A stretch of DNA of 64,000 bases from Octopus sinensis (taxonomy: Eukaryota), in contig NC_043009.1 of NCBI RefSeq assembly GCF_006345805.1, forward strand, positions 43,152,001 to 43,216,000, in the 5' to 3' direction. The notes under the pieces are model-generated. The model was given only the letters and a program-made list of their open reading frames with translations, did no database searches and was not told the DNA's origin. Below are positions 25,740-40,330 of the stretch, one piece after another. The stretch's first letter is position 1; every line of letters starts with the position of its first letter. A program made the position numbers and the translations under genes.

Positions 25740-26345
25740 CTGTGCGTGAGAAGACCCCGCAGGACAAGTGAGTCCATAACCCGTGGCCTTCTACATGGGA
25801 TGGAGCCAGCCTACGTATGCATACCTTCCCTTCTTGGGACACAAAACTCTACTTGTGAAGACCTGTTGAGGCAAGTGAGGATCAGAATCGAAATCGATCA
25901 ATGGAAATTGCAGATGTGTTACCAGTGCCGGTGGCATGTCGAAACTCTACTTGTGAAGACCTGTTGAGGCAAGTGAGGATCAGAATCGAAATCGATCAAT
26001 GGAAATTGCAGATGTGTTACCAGTGCCGGTGGCATGTAAGAGAACCTTCCGTTTCGCGACCGTTGCCAGCGCCACCCTGACTGGCCTCGTGCCAGTGGCA
26101 CGTAAAAAGCACCATCCGTTCGTGGCCATTTGCCAGCTCTGTCTGGCACCTGTGCGGGTGGCATGTAAAAAGCACCCACTACACTCACGGAGTGGTTGGC
26201 GTTAGGAAGGGCATCCAGCCGTAGAAACACTGCCAGATTTGACTGGGCCTGATGAAGCCTTCTGGCTTCACAGACCCCAATAGAACCGTCCAACCCATGC
26301 TAGCATGGAAAATGGACGCTAAAGGATGATGATGATGATGATGAG
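25740..26345 (+). mobile_element. SINE family C with a roughly 100-bp internal duplication
   Basis: aaactctacttgtgaagacc...accagtgccggtggcatg twice; (atg)n tail. Confidence 0.75.
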
Positions 26346-26396
<51 letters not shown>

Positions 26397-26499
26397 AACA
26401 CATAACTAAACTCAAAAATACAAAAATAAGTTTTAAAAAGTCATACTTGGATACCAAAGATAGCATAATATGCTTTTAATTAAAACCAACAAAGTCTTC

Positions 26500-27230
26500 A
26501 CATGCTGTTACTCAGAGTTTCATGCTACCATTCATCGACAGGAGGATATTCAGCAAAAGTGACCAGATCTATGGATCAGGAAGAATTGGATCCTCCATGA
26601 TGACAATGCACCCTGTCATCAAGCTCTCCTCACTCGTAATTTTTCTCCCCAAAATCAACCTGGTGTTGCTTCCATATCTGCCTTATTGACCAGATTTAGC
26701 ACCTGTGTACTTCCACACCTTCCCAAGGATGAAAGTGCAACTCAAAGGTTGTCATTTTAACACCATTGTCAAGATTTAGAGCAAATCACAGTAGATCTTC
26801 AACTTGCTTCCAGAGTCATTTAAGGCGGCTAGCTGGCAGAAACGTTAGCACGCCAGGTGAAATGCATAGTGGTATTGTGTCTGCCGCTACGTTCTGAGTT
26901 CAAATTCCGCCGAGGTCAACTTTGCCTTTCATCCTTTCAGGGTCGATTAAATAAGTACCAGTTACGCACTGGGATCGATATAATCAACTTAATCCATTTG
27001 TCTGTCCTTGTTTGTCCCCTCTGTGAGTAGCCCCTTGTGGACAGTAAAGAAATAAGGAAATTTACTCCCAGGACAGGTTCCAAAAGAGGCAGGAATGCTA
27101 GGACTGATGTATTGCTGCCACAAGGTGACTATTTCAAAGGAGATGATGTTAAAATTTAGGTAAATAAGATATTTTGTATTAAGCATGACTTGCCCAGGAA
27201 CATTTTGATACCAGCTAGTACATGTATTCC
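26500..27230 (+). pseudogene. mariner transposase 3' remnant split by a family-B SINE
   Basis: WILHDDNAPCH, PY*PDLAP, FPRMKVQLKG; C-terminal QGDYFKGD resumes after the SINE. Confidence 0.8.
26821..27057 (+). mobile_element. SINE family B
   Basis: aaggcggctagctggcagaaacgttagc...gtaaagaaata. Confidence 0.8.
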
Positions 27231-27710
27231 TACATGAACCAATATGTATATGTGAGTGGGTATAGGTCCATGTAGCAGTGTGTGTTTATGCATGTGGTAA
27301 TGAGTGCATACACATATGGTTGTACACTTCTACATACATGTATGTCTATGTGAACATGAGCCAGTGTATCCGTATGAGTGTCTCCATGTGTAATAGCACA
27401 TGTAGTAACAGTTAATTCAATCCCTTCTTATTCAAGAAATACATTTTGCATATATTATGTTAATGTTGTTACATAATTTTATACAATCTGGTGAATAGCT
27501 TAGTAGAAATTCTATAAATAAAAGCAATAATTGAAATTACTTTTAATCAAAGTATTTTTACAACAGTTTATTATAAATTATCATAATCAATTTCCTGTTC
27601 AACAAATTTTCATTATGCATATATATATTTATATGCATACATATATATATATAAACATACACATACATACATATATGTATAGATAATATAGATGTTATAT
27701 ATAGCTTTAC

Positions 27711-27742
<32 letters not shown>

Positions 27743-28096
27743 GTATTTTATATGTCTATATGTGTGCATGCATACATAAAGATTTATATGCACACATATA
27801 CATGTGTGTGTGTGTGTGTGTGTGTGTATGCACTGGTGTTATGTAGTTTAAAGAACAAGTCTATAATGATAATTAAAAGCTCTATATTTCTATTTATTTA
27901 ATCATTTACTTCTTGGTTTATGAAGTGAGTAAAAAGAAATAAAATTTCAGTCTTTTATACTATTTACTTTTAAACAAGAAAATTTTTAATTAGCATAATA
28001 CAATGATTGGCAATATTAAGAAAGCCACAAAAAATAAGCGTCACTGAATTTAAGAACATTTTTACAAAAATGTATTATTATACATGACATTATAAA

Positions 28097-28450
28097 GGCA
28101 GGGAGCTGGCGGAATCATTAGCACGATGGAGAAAATGCTTAGCGATATTTTGCCTGTTGCTATATTCTAAGTTGAAATTCCGCCGAGATCGAGAGGTCAA
28201 CTTTGCCTTTCATCCTTTTGAGGTCGATAAATTAAGTACCAGTTACACACTGGGGTCGATGTAATCGATTATACCCCTCCCCCAAATTTCAGGCCTTGTG
28301 CCTATAGTGGAAAAGAATTGTTAGCGTGCTAGGCAAAGTGCTTAGTGGCATTTCATCTGTTTATACATTCTAAGTTCAAATTCTGCCAAGGTCGACCTTG
28401 CTTTTCATCTATTTTTTTTTGGTGGGGGGGGGGGTCAGTAAATTAAGCAC
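28097..28450 (+). mobile_element. SINE family B plus a second partial copy
   Basis: Two cctttcatcc-type cores in tandem. Confidence 0.65.
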
Positions 28451-29394
28451 CTATTTCTTTAGCCCAAAATCAACCAAAGTCCTGCAAGTGGACTTGGAGG
28501 ACAGAAACTGAAAGAAGCCCAGGGACGTATTGCCTTGGTAGGCAAGGTAGGCAGTGTCTATCTTGAATAGAATGGGACAAGGACGCAAAACATCCAGACA
28601 GCTAGATAATACAAAAATGGGACAACAAAACATCCAGACAGATGATACAAACAAGAGACAAGAAAAAACACGGATGGGTCATTCAAAGTTTTCTTTCCTC
28701 AGTCAAGTTCCAGATTATCTTTGCAATTTTGACTGGTTATATTCAAGATTGCTCCAATCTGGCGAGCCCCAAGGAAAAATTAAGCTAAGAGCATTAGATT
28801 CTTTGGAAGAAAGCAGTGAATGTATACAAAAGCAAGGATGAAAAAACGGAGAAATGGTACACAAATACAAATGCAAATAACAGGACATAACAACAGGTGT
28901 CTTTCAACTAAGGACAAATTAAATTAAGCTGGTGCTTGTGGAAGTGAAGCCTTACAGTAAGAGCATAAGTGGTCAGTGTATTCCTTGGATTTAAATCCAA
29001 CAGGAGACTTACCAAATTGAGTCAACACCAGAATTCAACAATGGCAATCCAAGAAATTGGGTGAATTGTATGAGTATATAGCAGAAGCTTTAGAAGAAAC
29101 TTAAGACAGTATTATCATCAAGTTTACAAGTTCAATTCCCTTAAATATGGTTGCATTTTTAAAGAATTTTCAGTACCAAACCAAATATTATAGCTCTAAA
29201 GATGCCATTTAACTTATGGACATTTCAGTTCAGTTTTGTCATCTATGTCACTTAAAACTGATCCAAAGCAAAACCTTCCATATTAATTTTTGCACTAATC
29301 ATCTAATTAGTTATGACAACATTACTTTCAAAATTAATTGAAACAAACGTGATTACTATTTGTAAACCTCATAATAAGAGATATTCAGCAACAG

Positions 29395-29970
29395 TACTTT
29401 GGAATAAAGATTGTTTGCCAACATATCATGGCAGTCCTGGTATAGGACGAATGTTGCTGTAATTTAGCCCCAGGAGACATCGTCTCCAGCTGGCTATAGG
29501 ACACGATCTGTGTCCTTATATTTTCGAACAAGGGAATCTAGCACCGCCACTCAGCTCAAAACAATATCTGTGTATTGTGATTTCCAGGTTATTTCCCTTC
29601 ATCAGCATAGAATAATTGATCAGCTAGAGGTGGTACTGCCAAATTCCTGTTCAAAATATATAGTTTTCAAAGTGACAACTAGTCACTGATCTATAAATTA
29701 GAAAATTACTATATATTTCAAATGGGAATTTGGCAGCACCACCTCTAGCTGAACAGCTATTCTGTGCCGATGAAGGGAAATAACCTGGAAATCACGAGAC
29801 AGAGATATTGTTTTGAGCTGAGAGGCAGGTGCTAGATTCCCTTGTTTGAAAATATAAGGACACAGATCATGTCGTTTAACCAGCTGGAGACGATGTCTCC
29901 TGGAGCTAAATTACAGCAACATTTGTCCTAAACCATGTTACATTGGCAAACATTCTTTACTCCAAATGTA
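29395..29970. mobile_element. 576-bp inverted-repeat element with decayed hammerhead-like motifs in both arms
   Basis: Arms of about 270 bp; motifs at 29568-29610 (minus) and 29762-29804 (plus). Confidence 0.7.
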
Positions 29971-30977
29971 TTTCATTTGATGTATTTCAGCAAACTATTG
30001 TAACTAAAAGCTTAAGGTGATTTAATTCAAAACCTTAAATTAAAATACCATGTTAATTTGTTTTCAAATATCAGCTTAATTATGATAATGTTATTTTTAA
30101 CTAAATTCTTTATTATTTTCAAAGTTAGTTGAAACAAAGAAAGTACATTTCACTAGAAATATTAATTGAGATAAACATTATGTATTTCAAGAGAAATATG
30201 GTAACTAAAGGTTTAAAGTGATCTAATTCAAAACCTCTCATTAAAATCCAATGTTAATATGTTTTCAAATACTAGCTCAATTAGGACAAAGTTATCTAAT
30301 AAAATTATTTAGTATTTTCTTAATTAATTGAAACATCAAAAATACATTCCAGCAAAAATATGCTTACAAAAGTGTTACATTTAACATAGAGATATTTTGA
30401 ATTCACTTAAAATATTGGGTACCTGAATAAGTATAAATATTGTAACGATGTCATTTTTAAGCTACTAACACTTTAGTTCATCCTTGTCATGCATGTTATT
30501 TCAAGTTCACTTCAATGTATGCAGTTGGACAATTTTTGATAGTGCATTATAGAATTTCCCATAAGGAATCAATGAAAGCAACTCAAATTAGAATTATTTA
30601 TGGTTCCTATAAGCCAATAAAATATTGTTATGTAGTTAAGTTTAAAATCTATAGTCCCTTGCCTAAGTTTATATTATTATCAGCAACAGGCAGGTAAAAT
30701 ATGATATCATAAATGGAACAACATGAGTAGGCACATTTATACACTTAACTATATACATCTACATATCTATCAATCTATCCATTTATATATGAACATATAT
30801 ACATACACACACTCACTTATATATAAGCACACATACACATATAGTGATAAATGATAGGTGCATAATATCCCATACTTGGAATTATAATCTATTTAAGAAT
30901 AATCTTCATTTATGATTTGGGTTCTAGAACTTATCACTTCTAAGACAATCAACAGAAAATCAGTTGCATGTGTGTAT

Positions 30978-31010
<33 letters not shown>

Positions 31011-31029
31011 TATATATACACACATACAT

Positions 31030-31120
<91 letters not shown>

Positions 31121-31124
31121 ACAT

Positions 31125-31242
<118 letters not shown>

Positions 31243-31272
31243 AGGAATATAGATATTATTAGAAATAGTATT

Positions 31273-32440
31273 ACTATCCAGCAAAGATAAAGCACCAGAA
31301 AAGGTAGAATTATCTACTACACATGTGGAAAATCGGTGTGTGTTTGTTTGTGATGTTGTTAGCTAACACCTCCTACATTGTTTTATTGATTTTGATGAAA
31401 CGTGACATGTGTTTAGAACTCATTTCTAGAAACCTCGTGACATACTTAGATTGTTGAAAAAAAAATCGATAATACGGCCCCTGGAAGGAATCTTTATATT
31501 TACCACATATAGCTATTGTTTAAATAGCCAAGGGAAATAACTCATAGCACCTGTAAAATATTTTTTAACCACCCAAGGAAAATAACCCATTTCATTGTGT
31601 ATGTTCGATTACTTCGAATATTGATTATTTTTGTGTATCCTATTTCTAATTTTTGCAGTCAATATCACTTTTATACTTTATTTAACATGTGAGTAGAACT
31701 CATGTCTGGACACCTCCTGACATACTTATATTGTTGAAAAAATCGATAATAGGGCCCTTCCAATGGATCCTTCTATCTACTACATATTACTAATATTTTA
31801 TTTAAACGACCCAAGAGAAATAACCCATACCACCTGCAGATTTTAGCGAAGTTATCAATATTTGCTTCTCATGATCAGCCGACCAAATTCTGCATTTCAC
31901 TATTCACAGTTTTGAACTGCTAAACATTATTATTGCATTACCTTAATTTGAATCTTAAACCTTAAAGACTTCATTCATACATTTCTATACATACATACTT
32001 TTTTGAATGTCCATTACTCCGATAATTCTGCATTTTTACAGTTACACATTTTCCATGACAGTAGATAATTTTTTTTATTCCACAACGTATGCAAGCATAG
32101 CGTGGATTCGATCCTCGATTGCCAAATTTCACTTAACACTTCAATAGCACTTTTCTCACGGTAAAACAATAGTTTTTCTGTGAATGACAGCAGTTATACA
32201 TTTTCCAGATGCCTTCGCTAAGCAGAATAATGTCATTGCCTCTTGCCAACCTCTGACAACCTCTCTTGCCAACCGCTAACAATCTCTCCCTCCTCCAGCT
32301 GACAGTTTTTTGTATTTTGTCGTGATGGAAAATACACCTTTTGTGGCAGTTATAACGAAATTGCTTTCTTATATCAGAGTAATAAGGCGTTTCAATAGAA
32401 CATCTTTACGCCCCGGGAATTACCAGGCATACCAGCTAGT
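31273..32440 (+). mobile_element. Long non-autonomous Helitron/HINE-type element
   Basis: Ends cccgggaattaccaggcataccagctagt; internal diverged direct repeat. Confidence 0.55.
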
Positions 32441-32519
32441 AACTATATAATGCAAATGTACACGAAGTATGATCATTGCTTGAAATAGCAGCCAGTAAGC
32501 TATCAATGCTATGCAGAGC

Positions 32520-32750
32520 TTCACTGAACATTCACAGGCAGAGATGTTTGCGGACGGTGAATGTAGGAAAATTCTGTCTTACCTCTATGGAGACCATTAG
32601 AGGAATAAAGGATAATTCAATACAACAGTGTCAAACATTCTGAACCACATGCATGCGCACAAATCCGATTGGCTCTCATCAGTTGAATGTACCATTGACA
32701 ACGAAATTTTAAAATATTCACTACATCTCTGCCTGTTTATTCGGCTGAAA
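32520..32750. mobile_element. MITE-like element
   Basis: Imperfect TIRs of about 45 bp (acaggcagagatgt / acatctctgcctgt). Confidence 0.45.
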
Positions 32751-32925
32751 TCCGAACCAAGATCAGTAGAAAGATATGCAAGGAATATAAATATTATTTA
32801 AAATAATATTACTATCCATCAAGAATAAAGCACCATAAACGGTAGAATTATAAATATACAAAGTGAATTACCAGCTGCTATTTCTAACAATGATCGTAAT
32901 TCGTGTACATTCGCTTTGTATATTT

Positions 32926-32969
<44 letters not shown>

Positions 32970-32992
32970 GTATGTATATATATATATATATG

Positions 32993-33062
<70 letters not shown>

Positions 33063-33065
<3 letters not shown>

Positions 33066-33240
33066 CATGTAAAAAGCACCCACTACACTCACGAAATGGC
33101 TGGCGTTAGGAAGGGCATCCAGCTGTAGAAACACTACCAGATCAGACTGGAGCCTGGTGCAGCCTCCTGGCTTCCCAGACCCCGACCGAACCGTCCAACC
33201 CGTGCTAGCACGGAAAACGGACGTTAAACGATGATGATAT
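33063..33240 (+). mobile_element. 5'-truncated SINE family C
   Basis: aaaaagcacccactac...gacgttaaacgatgatg. Confidence 0.75.
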
Positions 33241-33289
33241 ATACATATATATAAAATCAATTTTCAAAGGAATGTAGCAAAGAACAGAT

Positions 33290-34155
33290 TCAGGGTATTA
33301 TCAAATCAACATTCTGGGTATTATAAAGTCTACAACCAAATTATAACTGACGTCTATCATAAACCAACGGGCTTGAGACACTAACTCCTCTTTAGCTCAT
33401 TCTGCTCAAAACACATCAAAAAGAATATCCCCTTTAATATAGCAAAAAGGATTGCACAATAGTGTCTGGTGAAAATACTCAGGATCTTAGTCTTCAAGAC
33501 CATAGAACAATACTAATTGAAAGACAATATCCACTCTCACTCATAGACGATGGAATTAAACATGCTAAGAAATTAGGCATTAAAATACTAAAGGTAATAA
33601 AACGTAACTCTGCACCTCACCTCAAAACACTATTGTATATATCAACTTACAACCCTAGAAACAATGAGGCATACAACACTATTTGGCAAAACCTACCCAT
33701 GCTTACTAGGGATCCAAAAATGAACAACATTCTGAAAACAGCATAAATTCCTCAAATGCAAAAATTTGAAGCTTTACACAACAACCACGAAATCAACAGT
33801 TAAAAGATGTGGATGCCCAAACTGTGGAACTTTCCCCAACCTACTGGAAGGCTTGGAATTCCTATTCAAACAAGGAAAGAGGTTCACAATTAAAACCAGC
33901 TTCACTTGGACTTCCAAGAATGAAATTTATGTTGTAACTTGTTCAGCCTGTGGACATAACTATATAGGACTGACAAGTATGACACTGAGACGGAGAACCA
34001 CACTACATAAGGAACAGATCCAGTTCCTACAATGCAGACAGATTCCTTTGAGTGAACACATAGAGAGATGTACAGGTAAAATCCAACCAAACTTCACAGT
34101 TTGCCCCATCTACCAGTACAAAGAAACAATTTCTGTACAAGAACATTTAACAATA
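33290..34155 (+). pseudogene. Penelope-like retroelement remnant (RT thumb plus GIY-YIG endonuclease)
   Basis: TDVYHKPT, KNIPFNIAKRI, C-x2-C-x2-C linker, IYVVTCSACGHNYIGLT GIY-YIG motif. Confidence 0.9.
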
Positions 34156-34494
34156 CAGTTCTATATTTAAAAGAAGAGGAATTATGTACATTATTTACAT
34201 TATTTACATTTGACGGATATTTGTTCTCATCTCGCTTGTTGCTAACACGTTTTGGCTGATATACCCTCCAGCTTGCATCAGGTGTCTCGGGGAAATTTCG
34301 AACCTGGGTTCTCATTCCTAAGGTAATTTTTGATGTTGTTATTATTATTATTATTATTATTATTGTTGTTGTTGTTGTTGTTGTTGTTGTTATTGTTTAC
34401 GTCACTGCTTGGAATCAAACTCAGAATCTTGGGGTTAAGAGCGGATGGTACTAACCCCAAGATTCCAAGTTCCATTCCAGGCAGTGACTTGAAC

Positions 34495-34528
<34 letters not shown>

Positions 34529-34566
34529 TAATAATAATAATAATAACATTAATAATAATAATAATG

Positions 34567-34620
<54 letters not shown>

Positions 34621-34829
34621 TAATAATAATAACAACAAAAATAATAATAACAACAACAACAACATCAACAATATTAACATCGAAAAATACCTTAGGAATG
34701 AGAACCCAGGTTCGAAATTTCCCCAAGACACCTATTGAAGGCTGGAGGGGATATCAGCCGAAGCGTTGTGTTAACAACAAACAAGATGAGGACAAATATC
34801 CATCAAATGTAAATAATCTAAATAATGTA
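34156..34829. mobile_element. Third inverted pair of the tRNA-headed hammerhead element
   Basis: Heads fused by a central deletion (gaatcttggggtta-agagcggatgg-tactaaccccaagattc); both hammerheads decayed. Confidence 0.8.
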
Positions 34830-37800
34830 AAGAACGTTTGAATAAAGAAAATTTGTTCATGGAAAAATACAGAACACGTCTAAATATGAACACAAAACCA
34901 ACTTTGGTTCCAGTATATATTTTTATTCATCATCACATACCCATCACTGTACTTATTTCATCTAAATACTGAAGCTTTTGAGTTTTCATCTATATATTTA
35001 TTCCCACCCGAAAGATTAGCAGTTACCTCTCCTGTCCCCAATAATAATGATCACCAATTACCGCCCCTTAGATTTTTCTATTTGCTGAATCATTCATTTA
35101 CAAACTTCTCCATACACAATATGGACTAAAATCTTCTTAGGAAAATATGAAATTACAATAATTTCCTTGCCATGATGAGCAAAAGTGAAACCGGTCAACA
35201 AATAATACTCTTTCCCTTATAAAATATATTTTAAAATGTATTAAAACTATGCAAACTGTGTGCCGTTTCCTTCTTTTTATTGATATATTTTTTTGCATTA
35301 CAACTCACCCATGAGGATAATCAAAGTTCTCCTCCTCCCTTTCTCTTGCTATACGTATGTATGTATGTATGTATGTATGTATGCATGTATGTATGTATGT
35401 ATGTATGTATGTATGTATGTATGTGTGTATGCATGTATGTATGTATCTATGTATGCATGCATGTATTCATGTATGTATGTATTGAAAAATTGCTATTTTT
35501 AATGAGACAACATAATATTTAACTGTTGCTTTTAATTCCATGTAAATCTATGCATATCCAACTTCCAATTAAATATTAAACATTATTTGGCCTCATATTT
35601 TCTTTTGTTATATGTATACATTTGTATAAATTACAGTATTTATGTAAGAACAGAATTAAACAGATTCGATTGGACATTATATTATATTATAATATCATAA
35701 ATTGCATAATCTTTACATATATTTCACTAGCATGCACTAGTATGTCATGTGGTAATTGTTACATAGGCAATTGAAAAACTCCTTTTAGAATGCTTGATAT
35801 TCAGAAAAAAAATAGCAATTTAATCCATTGTTGAATACCAGCCTCAGCTAAGTAGGCAGAGCCAAAATGCTCCCACAAACTGAGGTTGGTAATAAACAAT
35901 AGATTAAATTACTATCTTCTGATGATCCGGTGTTCTAAAGATGCAATCATAACAATTACTGCATGATATACTAGTATATACTGGTGAAACAGATGTGAAA
36001 ATTATGTAATTTACAATGCTATAATAAAATATAAAGCTTAATTGAATTTCATGTATTGTTAAGTTTTATCCAAGAGATCAGAAATTGCCAATAGGAAGGC
36101 CTCCGTGATGATGGGAAGAAGATTTAGTTCAACAATTTGTGCCAAGATGGTTAAGAAGTGTGCAATCAAACAAAAATTTGAAGCACATTGTGACCAGTGA
36201 TGTATAACCACATCCAATGTCAGGTTAACAGTGATATGGTTTTATATATATATGTATGTATATATATATATATATATATCATCATCATCATCATCATTAT
36301 TAATTGTTGGATTTCCGTGCTGGTATGTGTTGGCCCCTTTGGCAGGAGCTGGCAAGACTGAGAGTCACACTGGGCTCCATTGTCTGATTTAGCATAGCTT
36401 CTACAGTTGGTTGCCTGTCAAAATGCCAATCACTTTACAGAATGAACTGAGTGCATTTTTACAAGGGGCCATTACCACCAGGGTTGCCAAATACCTAGTA
36501 AGACTATATGTTGTTTTTTCACACATCAAATGCAATATTCAATGATGTAGCATCTTAGAAGTGTTGTTCAAGATTTTGTATTTAATTATTTGCAATTAAA
36601 ATCAGATTAAAATGAAATATAAAGGATAACATAACAAACATCAATTTGGGGGGTTTGGGGTTTTTTTGTGTTTTTTTTTGTAGCCTATGAACAAGGAACT
36701 TTTAATGGTCAGTTAGCCGGCTAGCAATAGGAGGCAAATGTACTTCAGGTCACACTCACCTTACCATCTTGAAAAATGAGGAGAGTACATTAGACTAGGT
36801 AGTCCTTGAAAAATAAAGCAGGATGGTCACACTTGGAATGATTTCAGTCATAGATCTGCTTCTTCTGTGTAAGCCTTCGGCTAAGCAACAATAACAACTT
36901 TGATTTTGTGTAGCTGAAGCTACTACTACAATTGGTGGTGGTGGTGGTGATGGTGGTGGTGGTGGTGGTGGTGGTGATGGTGGTGGTGGTGGTGGTGATG
37001 GTGGTGGTGGTGCTTCTGGTCATGAAGGTTGTGGTGGGTTTTATGTGTATGTGTGTGTTTGTGCATAATTGTGTGTTTACGTGTGTGCATTTACATGTGC
37101 TTATGCGACTGAAATTGTGCATGCTAGTGCATTTTTGCATGTGTGTGTGTTGCATGCTTTTTGTTTATATGCTTGTGTGTGTGTATGTGTGTTGGTATGT
37201 TCTTGCATGTATGTGCAGCGTACTTGCATGTGACTGTGTGTGTATTTGTGTGTGTAATTGTCCTTCTGCATCCTTGTGTATATGTGTGTGTATGTATGTA
37301 TTTGCATATGCACATGCTTGTATATTTGTATATGTATGTGTGTGCATATGTAATTGTGTGTGTGTATGTGTGTGTGTGTGTGTGTGTGTACATATATGTG
37401 TGTGTGAGAGAGAGAGAGATGACCTCCCAGAAATTCAAAAATATTTTGAAAATTTTATTTTAATTCTTTCATAAATGGTTTATTAAGAGAATATTAGGTG
37501 AGCTTCTCGACTAGTTATCAGTGTATTAGGATTAAATACTTTTAACTAGAGTAATTCTAATCATTTTCCTTCATTAATCTCTTCGTTCAACTTTATTTTT
37601 ATAATTAGTCACCACCTTACTCCTAAATTTTCAGGAGTTCATTTATTAATGTCAATTTTCACTGGATTGCTCAAAAATAGTCTCATACATGCATGCATGG
37701 TGGTGGTAGTAGCAGTAGGGATATTGGTAGTGGTGATAGTGGTAGTGGTAGTGCTAGGAGTGTTGATGGTAGTAGTGGCGGTGGTAGCAGGCAGTAGTGG

Positions 37801-38424
37801 CTGGTGGCTGTTGTGATGCTGGTGGTCGTTGTGATGCTGGTGGTGGTGGTGGTGGTGGTGGTGGTGGTGGTGGCAGTGGTGATAGTTGTATTGGTGGTGG
37901 TTATAGTGATATTGATGATAATGGTGGCACTGGTGGTAGTAGTGGTTGTACTGGTGCTGGTGGCGCTGGTGGTGTTCTTGGAAATAGTGGTGGTGGTCTT
38001 AGTGATGATGATGGTATTGGTGGTAGTGTTAGTGGTGTTAGTGATGGTGATAGTCATAGTCATGGCTGTTGTGATGATGTGAGTGGTAGTAATGGTATTA
38101 GTGATACTAGTGGTAGTCATATGTATGTATGTATGTATGTATGAATGTATATATATCATAATTCAGTTTTATTTCATGATTTCTTGTCAACAGAGAAAAA
38201 GTTGGTTTTTAACCAATATCCAAGGTTCCTTCATTGGAATTTCAACATCAACAGGGTATTTTTGTAAATATGCATGTATGTATATATACGTGCAGATTTC
38301 TATCTTTTGTTTTATGTATGTATACTCATGCATATAGTTGCATATCTAGGCATGCTTATATATATTTTAATGATAAACTTCTGGAAAGTTAGAAAATATT
38401 TTTATATCTCACAACGAAAGATAT

Positions 38425-38678
38425 TCAGCAACAATACTTTGGAGTAAAGATTTTTGCCAACATAACATGGCAGTCCTGCTTTAGGACGAATGTTACTGTA
38501 ATTTAGCCCCAGGAGACTTCGTCTCCAGTGATACACAGATTTTGTTTTGAGCTGAGTGAGGGGTGCTAGATTTCCTTGTTCGAAAATATAAGGACACAGA
38601 TTGTATCATATAGCCAGCTAGAGACGATGTCTCCTGTGTCTAAATTACAGCAACATTCGTCCTAAACCAGGACTGCTA
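38425..38678. mobile_element. Internally deleted copy of the 29395-29970 element
   Basis: Left arm to cgtctccag joined to right arm at tgatacacag. Confidence 0.7.
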
Positions 38679-39214
38679 TGCTATTCTGGAAAGTTTTACA
38701 AATTTTTACAGTTCATATGATGGCTTGGATCTGTGGTCTTCAAATCAGCTTTCTCCTTTCTGGTTTTGAGAAGCCTAATTTCTCAAGATTGGTATTTAAG
38801 CAGTGTGTAACATATCCCAGTGTCCCAATAATTACAGATATAAACCTGAACTTGTAATCGCAGTAGAGTAACTGCAGATTTCTCAATAGTTCGGCATGAT
38901 GTATGTATTTTCTTTTATAATCTTAATTATTTGAATTTCTTCTTATTAGGAAGGAGTTTCTAACAAAGATACAAAGCTCCATAGCTGGAATGTAGATAAC
39001 AAAACCAGCATCACATTATGAACTTGAGAAAAGTCTTGCATATTTTTAGCATTCCACTTATACAGCTTGCAATTTGTAAAGTGCATGTTAGCTGGTTGAT
39101 TTCTTTCTCTGATAAATCCCATCTTTTCCAGATTGTCACTTTTGCATTCCCTCACAAAACCAAGTGCACTATTTCTTGCTTTGAAGTTTTGGCACAAGGC
39201 CAGCAATTTCAGCA

Positions 39215-39410
39215 GAGGGATAAGGTGATTAGATCTACCCCAGTGCTCAACTAGTACCTATTTTACCAACCTGAAAGGATAAAAAGCAAAGTCAATCTCG
39301 GCAGGATTTGAACTCAGAATGTAAAAATGGATGAATTACTACCAAAACTCTCAAAATTCTAAGCATATTGCCTGGCATGCTACAGTTTCTGCCAACTTGC
39401 CACCTTAAGA
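39215..39410 (-). mobile_element. SINE family B
   Basis: Reverse-complement core and head ctgccaacttgccacctt. Confidence 0.65.
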
Positions 39411-39569
39411 GCAGCAATACTCACTGGTATAAACGTAAATTTTATATTCTGGATATAGAAACTGGAGGTTTCAAAGCAGTTGTTTATAGTTATCTTCCTT
39501 CTTTTTGATTTTCACAGAGATATTCACATCAGCAGCACAATTGACCTAGTGCGTTTTTTTTGTGTGTGT

Positions 39570-40330
39570 CCCAAACAACAATATCTGGCCTGTTATGCTT
39601 ACACTTGACAGGATTTTTATGGGAATGTTCCACCAATATTCCTTCTGTTGATATTTGTGCATGCATTCAATAACTGGGATTCTCTCAATCTATTCCAGGA
39701 CAGTCTTTTGCCAAATGGCATTGTATATTGTCCTCATGACAACATCAAGGTTGTACCTCGGTAACATTTTTTGGGTAGCTGCTGATTACATGTATGATGT
39801 CTTCTACAGACATAAATAGTCATTTTCAGTTACATCATGGTGTTCCAAACGTTTCATTGCCTCTTGTTTATTACAAATTTCATAGCTATCTCCTGGTCTT
39901 GGATTGCAGAAGCATAGCCTTCAAAGTGTGATTTGATGTAGAAGTTATGGGTCCAAAAAAAGGCTGTGCTTCTTGTCAAATTAGTGCCATTTTCAAGTCT
40001 TCAACAAACATCCGTGCATACTCTGGTTTTTGGTATGATCAGCTTTTCACATCTTTGAGGTATGTTAGGCCAGATGTTTCAGGGTTGTATGTGAGATCAT
40101 GAGGTAGAGAATATTTCCAGGGGATCTCACTGCCAACATATAGGATGTTGCCCTCTTCACTTTTCAGCACTATATTTATATATTTCTTTTTACTGTCTGA
40201 CAGAGACTATACAACATTCAAAGGCTGTTCATACAGATTTCAAGCTTCTATTTCCTTCATTTCTTCTTAGGTAGAGCCATTTTGATATCACTCCCACTGT
40301 GGAAGTTTCCTGTTGACATCAGGCTCTTGT
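39570..40330 (-). pseudogene. Old R4/Dong-type RLE retrotransposon remnant
   Basis: SHFEGYASAIQDQEIA, RYNLDVVMRTIYNA, EYWWNIPIK motifs with many lesions. Confidence 0.65.

Noticed and set aside
27070-27165. Apparent plus-strand exon with AG|gtaaat donor
   Set aside because: It is the mariner C-terminus (QGDYFKGD) displaced by a SINE.
28520-29000. Possible further hammerhead-bearing repeat
   Set aside because: CTGAGGA is present on the minus strand, but no canonical GAAA/stem III/stem I could be paired.
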